Below the pieces are notes generated by a model. That model was not told the DNA's origin. It was given only the letters and a program-made list of their open reading frames with translations, and made no database searches. Below are positions 1-9,780 of a DNA stretch of 64,000 nucleotides, piece by piece. Position 1 is the first letter of the stretch. Each line of letters begins with the position of its first letter. Source of the DNA: an uncultured Gemmatimonadaceae bacterium (GTDB lineage Bacteria > Gemmatimonadota > Gemmatimonadetes > Gemmatimonadales > Gemmatimonadaceae); the NCBI GenBank assembly GCA_963817955.1, contig CAWFQK010000001.1, positions 21,675 through 85,674 on the forward strand, given 5' to 3'. Made by a program: the position numbers and the translations under genes.

Positions 1-126
1 ACCGCCGAGATACTCGGCATACCAGAGGGCACCGTCATGTCGCGACTATCGCGGGCGATGAAGGAACTCGAAGTACAGCTCGCGCCGTACGTGCACCAGA
101 GCGGCGCGCTCCCGGAGGCCATTTGA
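1..126 (+). CDS. ECF-type sigma-70 family sigma factor, C-terminal fragment (5' end lies outside the window)
   Basis: Frame-1 translation TAEILGIPEGTVMSRLSRAMKELEVQLAPYV...* is a sigma region-4 HTH. The stop TGA at 124-126 overlaps the next ATG (TGATG). Confidence 0.7.
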   Translation, partial: TAEILGIPEGTVMSRLSRAMKELEVQLAPYVHQSGALPEAI

Positions 127-461
127 TGATCCCCCACCGACCGGTACCGCAAGAAGCGCTCGAGGCACTCGTTCGCAGTGCCGCGCCCACCGAGTTCACC
201 GGAGGTTTCGCCGATCGCGTGCTGTCGCGGATGCGCGATGAACGCACGATTGCCACGACGCTTCAGCGACAGTTCGTGCGCATCGTGCCCATCGCCGCGG
301 CCGCGTCGCTCCTGCTCGCCGCGCATAACTGGTGGGGGGGACGTCACGTCACCAACTCCACGATCGAGGCGGCGCTCAATCTGCCGCCAGTCACACTGGC
401 CACAGCGTACACGCCAGTCTCGCTCTATGGGACCGTGGTGGTTCCGACGGAGACACCATGA
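126..461 (+). CDS. putative anti-sigma factor / single-pass membrane protein
   Basis: Translationally coupled to the upstream sigma fragment. One hydrophobic helix (IVPIAAAASLLLAAHNWW). No recognisable catalytic motif. Confidence 0.45.
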   Translation: MIPHRPVPQEALEALVRSAAPTEFTGGFADRVLSRMRDERTIATTLQRQFVRIVPIAAAASLLLAAHNWWGGRHVTNSTIEAALNLPPVTLATAYTPVSLYGTVVVPTETP

Positions 462-907
462 CGACGAACACCAAGTCCTTGCTGCTCCTGGCCGCGACAC
501 TGTTCTCCGGTTTCGCGCTCGGGTTATTCACCGACGCAACGCTCGTCCGCGACCGACGCGAACGCATCAGCCAACTGCGGCGACCGCCGGGGTTCGTGGC
601 CCACATGGAGCAGATCATCCAGCCACACAGCGACGCACAGCGTGATTCCATCCGTCCGTTGATCGAGAAGGTGGCAAACCAGAATGCCGCCGTGATTCGC
701 GAGACGAACGCCCGGCTCCATGCCGCCGTCGATTCCCTGCGCATGGCACTCGCACCGATGCTGGATTCCGATCAGCGCGAACGCCTGGCGCGCGATTGGG
801 ACCGAATGCCCGGTCCCTTCCGGCCCGGCGGGCGGGGCGGTCGAGGGGGTCGAGGCGGGCGGGGCGGCCCGCCTGAAGAACTTGACGGAGGACGGCCACC
901 GCTCTGA
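458..907 (+). CDS. Spy/CpxP-like periplasmic protein (LTXXQ-type motif) with a C-terminal GRGG repeat
   Basis: ATG at 458 overlaps the previous stop (ATGA). N-terminal signal/anchor LLLLAATLFSGFALG, an LDSDQRERL motif, and a (GRG)n tail. The track ORF 332..907 was trimmed. Confidence 0.45.
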   Translation: MTTNTKSLLLLAATLFSGFALGLFTDATLVRDRRERISQLRRPPGFVAHMEQIIQPHSDAQRDSIRPLIEKVANQNAAVIRETNARLHAAVDSLRMALAPMLDSDQRERLARDWDRMPGPFRPGGRGGRGGRGGRGGPPEELDGGRPPL

Positions 908-1038
908 ACACGGGCGTGCCTAGCGGACGACCGCGCAGGACCCCAGAATCAGGGGGCAATGCAACGTCATCACGCTCCCGAGCGTTGCATTATGGCGACC
1001 GTTGCCGCTCTCTGCCTCGACCCCCTCAGAGGTTCTTC

Positions 1039-3384
1039 ATGTCTCGCGCTTCCCTTCGTTTCTCCGCCATCGCGATGGCGGCTTTCGCGCTCCCTATCGG
1101 CGCTCAACTTCGGCCGGCGAATCCCCCCCGGATGCCTTCGCCGACCACGCATACCACCGCCTACACGATCGATCAGTTTCTGTCGCCTGCGTCGCCGCTC
1201 GAGGTCAGCGCTGCGCGGAAGACGGACAAGATCGCCTGGGTGTCGTACGAGCGAGGCATGCGGAACGTCTTCGTCGCCGCGGCGCCCGCGTTCAAGCCCG
1301 TTCGCCTGACGAAGTTCATGGACGACGACGGCGTGGACGTCAGCTCGGTGCGCCTCTCGGACGACGGTTCGATCGCCGTGTTCATTCGCGGATCCGGACA
1401 GAATCGCGCCGGATGGGTCGCGAACCCGTCGCACGATCCGGCAGGGGGCGAACGTGCCATCTGGGCCGCGCGCACCGACGGAAGTAGCGCATGGCGGCTT
1501 GCCGTTCTCACTGGCACCGAACTTCCCGGCTTCGGCCGTGGCGGCGGTCCCGAGCTGTCCCCCGACGGCAAGTACGTCGCGTTCGTCAAGGACGGCCAGA
1601 TCTATCGTGTGCGCACGACGCGCGGCGCCACCGCGGCCATGGATACGGGCAGCGTGCCGTTCATCAAGGAGTGGGGACGCCAGAGTAACCCTCAATGGGC
1701 GCCGGACGGCTCCAAGCTCGCCTTCGTCACCACACGCGACAATCACGCGTTCATCGGCGTGTATGACGCAAAGTCGCGCACGGTCAGGTATCTCTCGCCA
1801 AGTGTGGACTTCGACGGGAGCCCGACATGGTCGCCCGACGGAAAGCGAATCGCCTTCGTCCGGCGTCCCGGCACGCCGTTCGGCATGCAGGCACAGCAGG
1901 GCCAAGGTGGCATTGGCAATCCGGCTGGCCCGGCCGCAGGGCGTGGCGCTCCGGGTGGTGGTGGTGGACGGGGCGGGCGCGGTGGCCAGAATGATACGAC
2001 GTCGCAGCGCCCAGACGGTCTCCGTCGCGCTGCGTTCGTCGGCGGCTACACACTGTCGTTCATGGTGGCGGACGTCGCCACCGGCAAGGCGCAGGAGGTC
2101 TGGCACAATCAACCGGCCGACCGCGTCTTCAGCAACATCAACGCGATCACGTGGGCCGGCGATCACCTGGTCTTCTCCGCGACGCCGCCGAACGACGAGT
2201 GGGACCGCTACTACTCGGTGAGCGTGTCCGGTGGGCAGCAGCAGCCAGTGCTGCTCACGACGACGGACGGGCTGATCAATGACAGCGTGGCAGACCGCAC
2301 GTTCGTGACGACCGCCGTGTCGCCCGATGGCAAGACGTTCTACTACTGCACCAACGCGAAGGACATCGAGAAGCGGCACATCTGGGCGGTACCGACGGCC
2401 GGCGGCACGCCGACGCAGATCTCGACGGACGACGGGGTGGAGGTGTCGCCGACGCCGCTCGCATCGGGCAAGCAACTCGCGGTGCTCTACTTCAACGCGA
2501 CGCAGCCGGCGTCGATCGGCCTCGTGCCGGCGAACGGCGGTCAGACAAAGATCGTCTTTCCAACGCTGACGAAGGATTTCCCGCAGGCGGCGCACGTGAC
2601 GCCCGAGATCGTGATCACCCACGCCGCCGACGGCCTGGAGATTCACAACCAACTCTTCCTGCCGAAGGATCTCAAGCCCGGCGAGAAGCGTCCGGCCATC
2701 GTGTTCGTGCACGGCGGACCACAGCGCCAGATGCTGCCGGCGTATCACTACATGCAGTTCTACCACTGGGCGTACGCGTACAATCAGTGGCTGCAGTCGC
2801 AGGGCTACGTGGTGCTGTCGATCAACTACCGCAGCGGCATCGGCTACGGCAACAAATTCCGCCGGGCGCCGAATACCGAGGGGCGTGGCAACTCGGAGTA
2901 TCAGGACGTCGTTGCCGGCGCGAAGTATCTGCAGTCGCGCGCCGACGTCGACACGACACGCATCGGCATCTGGGGATTGTCGTACGGCGGCCTGCTCACG
3001 TCGCAGGCGCTGGCGCGCAATTCCGACATCTTCGTGGCCGGTGTGGACCTCGCAGGCGTACACCTGTACGGCAATTCGGTCGATTCGACGAACCTCGCAT
3101 ATCGGTCCTCGGCCGCGGCACACGTCGACACGTGGAAATCGCCGGTCTTCCTCGAGCAGGGCGACGACGATCGCAACGTGGACTTCTCACAGATGATCGG
3201 ATTGGTCGATCTCCTCCGGACACACGGCGTGTACTTCGACCTGACCGTCATCCCCGATGACGTGCACGAATCGCTGCTGCACAGCCGGTGGATCGACATC
3301 TTCAGCCGGAGCAGCGACTTCCTGCATCGCTTCGTCTGGGACAAGCAGGCGCCGCCCGTGATGACCACGACCGGAGCGAAATGA
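1039..3384 (+). CDS. S9 family serine peptidase (prolyl oligopeptidase / dipeptidyl aminopeptidase-like) with N-terminal beta-propeller
   Basis: Signal peptide MSRASLRFSAIAMAAFALPIGAQ. TolB-like WD40 repeats (SPDGK..AFV). Catalytic motifs GIWGLSYGG, GDDDRNV and PDDVHES. Confidence 0.85.
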   Translation: MSRASLRFSAIAMAAFALPIGAQLRPANPPRMPSPTTHTTAYTIDQFLSPASPLEVSAARKTDKIAWVSYERGMRNVFVAAAPAFKPVRLTKFMDDDGVDVSSVRLSDDGSIAVFIRGSGQNRAGWVANPSHDPAGGERAIWAARTDGSSAWRLAVLTGTELPGFGRGGGPELSPDGKYVAFVKDGQIYRVRTTRGATAAMDTGSVPFIKEWGRQSNPQWAPDGSKLAFVTTRDNHAFIGVYDAKSRTVRYLSPSVDFDGSPTWSPDGKRIAFVRRPGTPFGMQAQQGQGGIGNPAGPAAGRGAPGGGGGRGGRGGQNDTTSQRPDGLRRAAFVGGYTLSFMVADVATGKAQEVWHNQPADRVFSNINAITWAGDHLVFSATPPNDEWDRYYSVSVSGGQQQPVLLTTTDGLINDSVADRTFVTTAVSPDGKTFYYCTNAKDIEKRHIWAVPTAGGTPTQISTDDGVEVSPTPLASGKQLAVLYFNATQPASIGLVPANGGQTKIVFPTLTKDFPQAAHVTPEIVITHAADGLEIHNQLFLPKDLKPGEKRPAIVFVHGGPQRQMLPAYHYMQFYHWAYAYNQWLQSQGYVVLSINYRSGIGYGNKFRRAPNTEGRGNSEYQDVVAGAKYLQSRADVDTTRIGIWGLSYGGLLTSQALARNSDIFVAGVDLAGVHLYGNSVDSTNLAYRSSAAAHVDTWKSPVFLEQGDDDRNVDFSQMIGLVDLLRTHGVYFDLTVIPDDVHESLLHSRWIDIFSRSSDFLHRFVWDKQAPPVMTTTGAK

Positions 3385-3866
3385 GCTGGTTCCTCCAGGG
3401 GGCGATGGTCCTCGTCACGAGCGTCCTGGTATTACAGAACACCAAACAGGCGCTCCTGCCGGCCCGTCAAACCCCGGTGTTGTGGGGCGCGGAGCTCGCC
3501 GTGATCGTCGGCGTCCTCATCCTGCGGTCGGGGTGGGGGCGCGACGCCCACTGGCGCACGGCACAAGCAGAGCTCGGTACCCTGGCGAACGACTACTACG
3601 AGCCACGCCGCGACGCGCTCACCAACGGGTGGGCGATCGGCGTCGGCGTGTTCTGCAGCCTCTGGTGGGCGGTGGCGACATGGGGCGTTGTGTTGACGGG
3701 AATGCGACGTGGCGTCGAATCGAGAGGGCTCCTCGACTTCGAGGTCGCCGCGCTCGTCGGGGCGTTGACGGGCGGCGTGATCGGCGCAGTCATTGGACTC
3801 GCCGTTGGCGAGGTGTGGGAGCGGCGGCATAGGCGTCACCGCCAATCGACCGCCAGCCATGCCTGA
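3381..3866 (+). CDS. hypothetical integral membrane protein
   Basis: ATG at 3381 overlaps the peptidase stop (ATGA). About four hydrophobic helices. Confidence 0.5.
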   Translation: MSWFLQGAMVLVTSVLVLQNTKQALLPARQTPVLWGAELAVIVGVLILRSGWGRDAHWRTAQAELGTLANDYYEPRRDALTNGWAIGVGVFCSLWWAVATWGVVLTGMRRGVESRGLLDFEVAALVGALTGGVIGAVIGLAVGEVWERRHRRHRQSTASHA

Positions 3867-4338
3867 TCCCGGCAGCCGGCGCGCCACCAGCTCGGGACTG
3901 CTGTTGTTCCGGCGGGCGCGCGGAACCCTTGAAGTCTTTCTCGCGCATCCTGGCGGTCCGTTCTGGGCCGGTCGTGACGCAGGCGCGTGGACAATTCCCA
4001 AAGGGGCGGTCGAGGAGGGCGAGGACCTTCTCGAAGGCGCACGACGCGAGTTCGCGGAAGAGACCGGAATCGTCGCACCGGGACCGTTCATCGCACTCGG
4101 CTCGATCAAACAGAAGAGCGGCAAGACCGTGCACGCGTGGGCCTGGGAGGGCGACGCCGATCCCGATCGCACGACGGCCAACACCGCGCGCGTCGAAGTT
4201 CCGCGGGGATCCGGACACTGGCTGACGTACCCGGAAATCGATCGCTGCGAGTGGTTCGACGTGTCGACCGCGCGCGAGAAGATCAACCCGGCTCAGGCAG
4301 AATTGATCGATCGCCTCGTGGCCATCCTCGAGCGGTAG
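3859..4338 (+). CDS. NUDIX hydrolase family protein
   Basis: Nudix box GAVEEGEDLLEGARREFAEETG. The N-terminus GLLLFRRARGTLEVFLAHPGGPFW is typical of the COG4112-type NUDIX group. Confidence 0.8.
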   Translation: MPDPGSRRATSSGLLLFRRARGTLEVFLAHPGGPFWAGRDAGAWTIPKGAVEEGEDLLEGARREFAEETGIVAPGPFIALGSIKQKSGKTVHAWAWEGDADPDRTTANTARVEVPRGSGHWLTYPEIDRCEWFDVSTAREKINPAQAELIDRLVAILER

Positions 4339-4359
4339 CGAGAGATCAGCGCGTTCCCG

Positions 4360-5064
4360 CTACGGCTTCTTCTTGTTCGACGCAACCGACGTAGTGTCGG
4401 TAATGAGAAAGGTGAACTGCTGCTCCACGAGCTGCCGCACCTTGAGTGGGCCGATCTTCGCCGGCCGAAATCGCATGTTCGGCAGGGCCTGGCGCACCGC
4501 CACCACGAAATCCGGATTGGTCGCCTGCATCACGGTGAACGAGCTCGAGTCGGCAAATCCAGTGGTGTCGACCACGTACTGCGCGTTGACGAAGCCGGTG
4601 ATGTGCGCATTGAGCAACTTGAGCGGATACGTCGGCGCGGCACTGATGCTCGATCGCACCACTGCCGTATCCACTTCGAGCACCGAAAAAACGGAGTCGG
4701 GCTTCACTGGAATGGCCGGCAGCCGTTCGCTGCTCACCGTATCCGCGTTGGCACGACCGACGGTCTGGTCGAGGGTCGTCGCCCGGGCGTTCCCCATGAG
4801 TCTCGGACCGTCGCCGCTGCCGGGGCCCTGCAATGCGAGATCGACATAGCGCACCGATTCACGCGTCGGGCGCTGCCCCGGCACCCGGTCAGGCGGTGGA
4901 ATGAAGTACGGCCGATTCTCAATGCCCTTCACCGCGAGATTCGCGGGCGGCAGGGTGCCGTAGACGCACGCGGCGATGACCACCAGATGCGCGGCCACGC
5001 TGAGCATCGCACTCGTGATGACCGGCGTCGATTTCGTGTGCGACTCCACCCACAATCGCATCAT
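4360..5064 (-). CDS. TonB family energy-transducer-like protein
   Basis: N-terminal TM anchor (MLSVAAHLVVIAACVYG), a Pro-rich linker (PYFIPPPDRVPGQRP), and a TonB_C-like end (PTYPLKLLNAHITGFVNAQYVVDTTG...MRFRPAKIGPLKVRQLVEQQFTF). Confidence 0.6.
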   Translation of the reverse strand: MMRLWVESHTKSTPVITSAMLSVAAHLVVIAACVYGTLPPANLAVKGIENRPYFIPPPDRVPGQRPTRESVRYVDLALQGPGSGDGPRLMGNARATTLDQTVGRANADTVSSERLPAIPVKPDSVFSVLEVDTAVVRSSISAAPTYPLKLLNAHITGFVNAQYVVDTTGFADSSSFTVMQATNPDFVVAVRQALPNMRFRPAKIGPLKVRQLVEQQFTFLITDTTSVASNKKKP

Positions 5065-5106
5065 AAGCCCCCCAACCGCCGTACGGAGACGCGCGGCGCG
5101 CTTTCG

Positions 5107-5637
5107 TTACACGACGAAATACCGCTCCTGGAACAACGCGGCGTGATGTCGTTCGTGTCCGGCGATGATATAGAACAACGCGCGCACCGTGACAAAGTTT
5201 CCGCTCACCCTGCCGCGATGTGCCAGCGCCTCCTCGTCAAGGTGCTCGGCGAGAAGCACGGTCGAGGCACGCACCACCTGCAACTCCTCGAGAAGATCCG
5301 CCAGCGTGCGGCGCCCAAAGTTCGCGTTCGCGACGTAGGCGTTCTCGTCGACGCTCGCCAGCTCGGTGGGATCGTTCCGCGCAATGCGCAACGCGCGGTA
5401 GCTGAACACGCGCTCAATATCGATGATGTGGCCGACGACTTCCTTGATCGTCCATTTGCCCGGCGCATAGGCGTAATTCGCACGCTCCGGCGACAGGTCC
5501 TGCAAGAGCGTCACGGTGCTCGTGACCTGTTCGCGAAGCACGGCGACGAGATCGCCGTCCGGTACACGCGCGATGTATGAACGGTAGTGCGGCGCGTATT
5601 CATCAACCTGCGGCCGAACGATTGCTGTGGCTGTCAT
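5107..5637 (-). CDS. DinB superfamily protein
   Basis: DinB_2-like helices with KWTIKEVVGHIIDIERVF and IIAGHERHHAALF (His triad). The start was trimmed to the ATG at 5637. Confidence 0.8.
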   Translation of the reverse strand: MTATAIVRPQVDEYAPHYRSYIARVPDGDLVAVLREQVTSTVTLLQDLSPERANYAYAPGKWTIKEVVGHIIDIERVFSYRALRIARNDPTELASVDENAYVANANFGRRTLADLLEELQVVRASTVLLAEHLDEEALAHRGRVSGNFVTVRALFYIIAGHERHHAALFQERYFVV

Positions 5638-5893
5638 GGAATGGCGGGTGAAGGTGGTGCCGCGATCTGGCCCGTTCTGGGGTCCACTGAAGGAATCAGC
5701 CCCGGCGGGTGCTTCGTCAACCGTCATCGCATTCATTTCGCAGTCGGAATGTGACCCCTGCGGCAATCGCCCTGGCGTTGCTCCAACGTGAGCACCCGTA
5801 CGGAGACCGCCCGAACGCTCTCTAGCGTGGATCCGCCGCCGGGATAGGTTCTGAGGCAGCATAGGTCCACGTCGCTCATCCCCTGGGGTTGTC

Positions 5894-7603
5894 ATGCACC
5901 ATCACCGCACCCTCGCGATCGCCAGCTCGATTGCCCTTCTCGCCCCGCCGCTTGCCGCACAGCAGTCGGACGCACCGGTCAGCTCGCGCCATGGCATGGT
6001 CATCTCGACATCGGCGCCAGCGTCGGACGTCGGCGCCGCAATCCTGCGCAAAGGCGGAAACGCCGTGGACGCCGCAGTCGCGACGGCATTCGCGTTGGCG
6101 GTGACCCACCCGAGCGCCGGTAACATTGGCGGCGGCGGCTTCATGGTCGTTCGTCCAGCGAACGGCGCGGCGGTCACGATCGATTACCGAGAGCGCGCGC
6201 CGCTGAAGTCGACCCAGACCATGTATCTGGACTCGGCGGGAAAGATCGCGCGGCAGCGAACGGCAACGGGCTACCTCGCGCCCGGCGTACCAGGAACCGT
6301 CCGCGGTCTCGCCACAGCGCACAAACGCTACGGCAAGCTCTCGTGGAAGGACGACGTCATGCCTGCGGTGGAGCTGGCGGAGAAAGGGTTCGTGCTGTCG
6401 GACGCGCTCGCACGCTCGCTCAATCGCGAGGTATCGGGGGCCATGGCCCGGTATCCGGCATCGGTGGCAGCGTATGGCAATCCCCGCGGCGGAGACTGGC
6501 ATGGCGGTGATACCATCGTGCTTCGTGATCTGGGACGTACACTACGGGAAATCGCGACGAAGGGACCGAGCGCGTTCTACACCGGGTGGATTGCCGACAG
6601 CATTGCGTCGACGATGGAAAAGAACGGCGGATTGATCAGCAAGCGTGACTTGGCAGCGTACCAGGCGAAGGTTCGCGCACCGATTCGCGGCAACTACCAT
6701 GGCTTCACACTGATCACCATGCCGCCGCCGAGCAGCGGCGGGGTCGCCATGATCGAGATGCTCAATATCCTCGAGCGCTTCGACCTGCCGAAACTCGGCG
6801 CCATGTCGCCACAGGCGCTGCACTACGAGATCGAAGCCATGCGTCGCGGCTACCTCGACCGTGCACGCTACTTGGGCGACCCCGATTTCGTGAAGATGCC
6901 GCTCGAGAAGCTGACGTCAAAGGCCTACGCGAAGACGCTCGCCGCGTCGATCGACCCGAACCACGCGTCGAGCAGCGTCGAACTGGGAAAGGACATCGTA
7001 TCGCAGGTCGCCGCAACCGAACACGATGAGACGACCCAATTCTCCATCGTCGACAAATACGGCAACGCGGTGTCGAACACGTACACACTGGAAGGTGGGT
7101 TCGGGTCGCACGTCGTCGTGCCGGGCGCCGGATTCATTCTCAACAACGAGATGGGCGACTTCAACAAGAAACCTGGCGAGACCAACACTCAGGGTGACAT
7201 CGGTACAGCGGCCAACCTGATCGCGCCGGGCAAGCGCATGCTCAGCTCGATGAGCCCCACGATCATCACGAAGAACGGCAAGCTGTTCATGGTGACCGGA
7301 TCACCAGGCGGTCGCACGATCATCAATACCGTCATGGAGATCGTGCTCAACGCGCTCGACTTCAACATGGACGTGCGGCAAGCCGTGGACGCCCCACGAT
7401 TCCACCATCAGTGGCTGCCCGACGAAGTCACCTTCGAGCGCAACGTGCTTCCCGATTCGACGGCGAAGCGCCTGCAGGCCATGGGCTACACCATCCGGTC
7501 TGCCGGCGTGCAGGGCGACGGCCACTCGATCATTCTGAAGGACGGAGTGGCGTTCGGAGCCAATGATCGGAGAAGTCCCGATTCAAAGGTGAGCGTGCCG
7601 TAG
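5894..7603 (+). CDS. ggt: gamma-glutamyltransferase
   Basis: Signal peptide. N-terminal part GGNAVDAAVATAFALAVTHPSAGNIGGGGFMVV. Autoprocessing/catalytic site ETTQFSIVD. C-terminal SPGGRTIINTV...PRFHHQW. Confidence 0.92.
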   Translation: MHHHRTLAIASSIALLAPPLAAQQSDAPVSSRHGMVISTSAPASDVGAAILRKGGNAVDAAVATAFALAVTHPSAGNIGGGGFMVVRPANGAAVTIDYRERAPLKSTQTMYLDSAGKIARQRTATGYLAPGVPGTVRGLATAHKRYGKLSWKDDVMPAVELAEKGFVLSDALARSLNREVSGAMARYPASVAAYGNPRGGDWHGGDTIVLRDLGRTLREIATKGPSAFYTGWIADSIASTMEKNGGLISKRDLAAYQAKVRAPIRGNYHGFTLITMPPPSSGGVAMIEMLNILERFDLPKLGAMSPQALHYEIEAMRRGYLDRARYLGDPDFVKMPLEKLTSKAYAKTLAASIDPNHASSSVELGKDIVSQVAATEHDETTQFSIVDKYGNAVSNTYTLEGGFGSHVVVPGAGFILNNEMGDFNKKPGETNTQGDIGTAANLIAPGKRMLSSMSPTIITKNGKLFMVTGSPGGRTIINTVMEIVLNALDFNMDVRQAVDAPRFHHQWLPDEVTFERNVLPDSTAKRLQAMGYTIRSAGVQGDGHSIILKDGVAFGANDRRSPDSKVSVP

Positions 7604-7611
7604 GCACCGAC

Positions 7612-8010
7612 TTACTTCTTCTCTTCCAACCTCAACGACGCCGAGTTCACGCAGTACCTCAGGCCCGTTGGCTCTGGCCCGTCCTCGAAGAGGTGCCCGA
7701 GGTGGCAGCCGCACTTGGCACAGTGAATCTCTGTACGACGCATGAAGTGCGTGTCGTCGTTCTCGGCCTCGATGGCATTGGGATCGAGCGGCGCGAAGAA
7801 GCTCGGCCATCCGCTGCCGGATTCGAACTTCGTGGCGGAGTCAAAGAGCGGCTCGCCGCAGCAGACACACCTGTAGACACCCGTGGCGTGGCTGTCCCAG
7901 TATTGTCCAGTGAATGCACGCTCGGTACCCTTTTTCCGCGTGATTCTGAACTGATCCGGCGTGAGCTCCTTGGCCCATTCAGCTTCGGACTTGTCGATCC
8001 GGTCGCCCAT
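7612..8010 (-). CDS. msrB: peptide-methionine (R)-S-oxide reductase
   Basis: SelR/MsrB signature: GVYRCVCCGEPLFDSATKFESGSGWPSF, a second CxxC (CAKCGCHLGHLFEDGP) and RYCVNS. Confidence 0.93.
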   Translation of the reverse strand: MGDRIDKSEAEWAKELTPDQFRITRKKGTERAFTGQYWDSHATGVYRCVCCGEPLFDSATKFESGSGWPSFFAPLDPNAIEAENDDTHFMRRTEIHCAKCGCHLGHLFEDGPEPTGLRYCVNSASLRLEEKK

Positions 8011-8186
8011 CAGAACTCGCGTTTCTTCATCTGCTCAAAGAGTTCCTGCGCTTCATCATCCTTCTCCGTGCGCGGCCGCCGCGTCACGTCGAGGGTCGCA
8101 TCGTAGGTCCGGCGTTGCAGCGACTTGGGCCTGCTGGCCTTTTCCACGGTCTTCTTCACTAGTTTCGCGAGTTGCTTTTCGTCCAT
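8010..8186 (-). CDS. small hypothetical charged protein (58 aa)
   Basis: ORF MDEKQLAKLVKK.... Its TGA shares one nucleotide with the msrB ATG (TGATG), suggesting translational coupling. No recognisable domain. Confidence 0.4.
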   Translation of the reverse strand: MDEKQLAKLVKKTVEKASRPKSLQRRTYDATLDVTRRPRTEKDDEAQELFEQMKKREF

Positions 8187-8374
8187 TGCCCTCGACTCCC
8201 TTCCAGGGGTGCGCGACGTCGTTCCAGATAAGCTATTCTTCGGCATCTCATCCAGACAGACCTCGCGCGCATCAGGGCGGTTTGGGCGCCCCATGGCCGA
8301 ACCCGCTGGGGTGGCGCGCCGCGTCGCCGCTCGTTGTATTCTTCACTTGGGACCCGCGCCGAGAGCGGAGCAAC

Positions 8375-8722
8375 ATGGCACGATTGACACGCAAAAAAGG
8401 CACACCAGCTAGCAAGAAGCCGCGGACGGACAAGTCCGACTACTTCACGCAGCCCGGAAAGCGTGGCGCGATCATCGTGCTGCGGAAGCCGATCGGCAAC
8501 CGTGCGGCGGCCAAGGTCTGCGGCGTCATGCCGAGCCGGGTGCACGCCAAGATGCTGATGACCCAGCTCGAGCGTGCGGAATCCGTGGTCAAAGACCTGT
8601 TCCTCGAGGCGACGGACGACGGCATCGAGGCGCTCGAGGCGGTCCTGGCCGCCTGCTGCAAAGAGGTGCTGGACAAAGGCCCCAAGGTGCGCCAAAGCGA
8701 CAGCTCAGGGGAGAGCGTCTAG
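8375..8722 (+). CDS. hypothetical protein
   Basis: ATG at 8375 is preceded by GGAG (8367-8370). Basic N-terminus and helical C-terminus. The track ORF 7961..8722 was trimmed. Confidence 0.4.
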   Translation: MARLTRKKGTPASKKPRTDKSDYFTQPGKRGAIIVLRKPIGNRAAAKVCGVMPSRVHAKMLMTQLERAESVVKDLFLEATDDGIEALEAVLAACCKEVLDKGPKVRQSDSSGESV

Positions 8723-9663
8723 GCCGGTTCCGTATCGCTCAGCTTCCGCACATCGATACTCACGACACCTTGCTGGTCGATGGGATTGTAGATGTTCACG
8801 AAGCGGTGCCCGAACACGACCTCATCCGGCTTGTACGATGAGCGCGCGTGCACCGTCTGCGCGAACGTTTCGTCCGTGCCGGCCAGCAGGATCATGAACT
8901 CGGCCTCCTTGGCCACGAGATCGGCGAGCGTCAAGCCGAAGAGCGGACTTCGCTCGCTGATCGGGTGAACGATGGTCCAACTCAGCGGAAAGAAGACGAC
9001 GCGTGCGCGCTCGAGGACGAGTTGGTCGTACGTGCGAGACGTCCCCTCGATGCGAGTGAACAACACGCTCGCCTCGAGGTTCAACAGTTGATTGGTCCGC
9101 TCGTTGACGATGCGGAACTCGAAGGCGGTCATGCCGCGGTACGGGGCGACGACCGCGCGGTCGCTGAACACCACGGCGGCGGTGGGTCGGGCAAAACGGG
9201 CGAAGAGGATGCCCGTTCCGAGCGCGAACACGAGCAGACCGGTGAGCGACTCAACGGTCATCACAAAATGCGCAGGCAGCCCATTCGGCGTCACAGTGCC
9301 ATACCCGATCGTGCCCAGCGTTTCGACGCTGAAGAAGAACGCGCGCCAGAACCCGTCGCCCAGTGCAGTACGCGGCGGCCCCATCAGCGATCCAGTCCCG
9401 CAGGCGAGATAGGCCAGCGCGAACACGACATTCGCGCCAACGTAGCCCGCTAGAATCAGCGCAAAGAAGCGCGGCCAACCGATCGTCAGAAAGTAGTGGT
9501 AGAGACTCAGCGACCGAAGAAACGACAGCCCTTTGCGCTGTGGACTGAACGTTCCGTCGCGATTGAGCAGCCGCTTCTCATTGACACCACCAACGACGGT
9601 GCCGAAGCCGAGATCCTGGGGTTCGTCTTGAAAGCCAGGCATTGGGCGCTGGACGTTAGACAT
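8719..9663 (-). CDS. inward-rectifier-type potassium channel (KirBac-like)
   Basis: Two TM helices flank the selectivity filter FFFSVETLGTIGYG. Followed by an IRK-type cytoplasmic beta-rich domain. The start was trimmed to MSNVQRPMPGF. Confidence 0.85.
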   Translation of the reverse strand: MSNVQRPMPGFQDEPQDLGFGTVVGGVNEKRLLNRDGTFSPQRKGLSFLRSLSLYHYFLTIGWPRFFALILAGYVGANVVFALAYLACGTGSLMGPPRTALGDGFWRAFFFSVETLGTIGYGTVTPNGLPAHFVMTVESLTGLLVFALGTGILFARFARPTAAVVFSDRAVVAPYRGMTAFEFRIVNERTNQLLNLEASVLFTRIEGTSRTYDQLVLERARVVFFPLSWTIVHPISERSPLFGLTLADLVAKEAEFMILLAGTDETFAQTVHARSSYKPDEVVFGHRFVNIYNPIDQQGVVSIDVRKLSDTEPA

Positions 9664-9695
9664 TTGACGCTCAATAAAGAGAAAGAACCATGCTG

Positions 9696-9736
9696 CTATG
9701 GAAACGGCACACCGTCTCGGTGTGCCGTTTCCATAG
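9696..9736 (-). terminator. perfect 19-bp stem / 3-nt loop hairpin downstream of the S9 peptidase gene
   Basis: CTATGGAAACGGCACACCG-tct-CGGTGTGCCGTTTCCATAG, about 45 nt after the stop at 9781. On the minus strand it is followed by a T-enriched tract (GGTTCTTTCTCTTTATT). Confidence 0.5.
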
Positions 9737-9780
9737 CCAATCACATTGCCAGCGTCGAACGTCTAACGTTTACACGAGTA

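Noticed and set aside
970-3123. Very long antisense ORFs: 970-3123 (-), 20822-22396 (-), 43006-44064 (-), 45916-47112 (-), 47457-48623 (-), 61243-62274 (-), 15553-17172 (+), 18014-19015 (+), and others.
   Set aside because: They lie opposite genes with clear family motifs. Their translations are Arg/Ala/Gly/Pro-rich with no motifs. They are typical stop-poor shadow frames of high-GC DNA.
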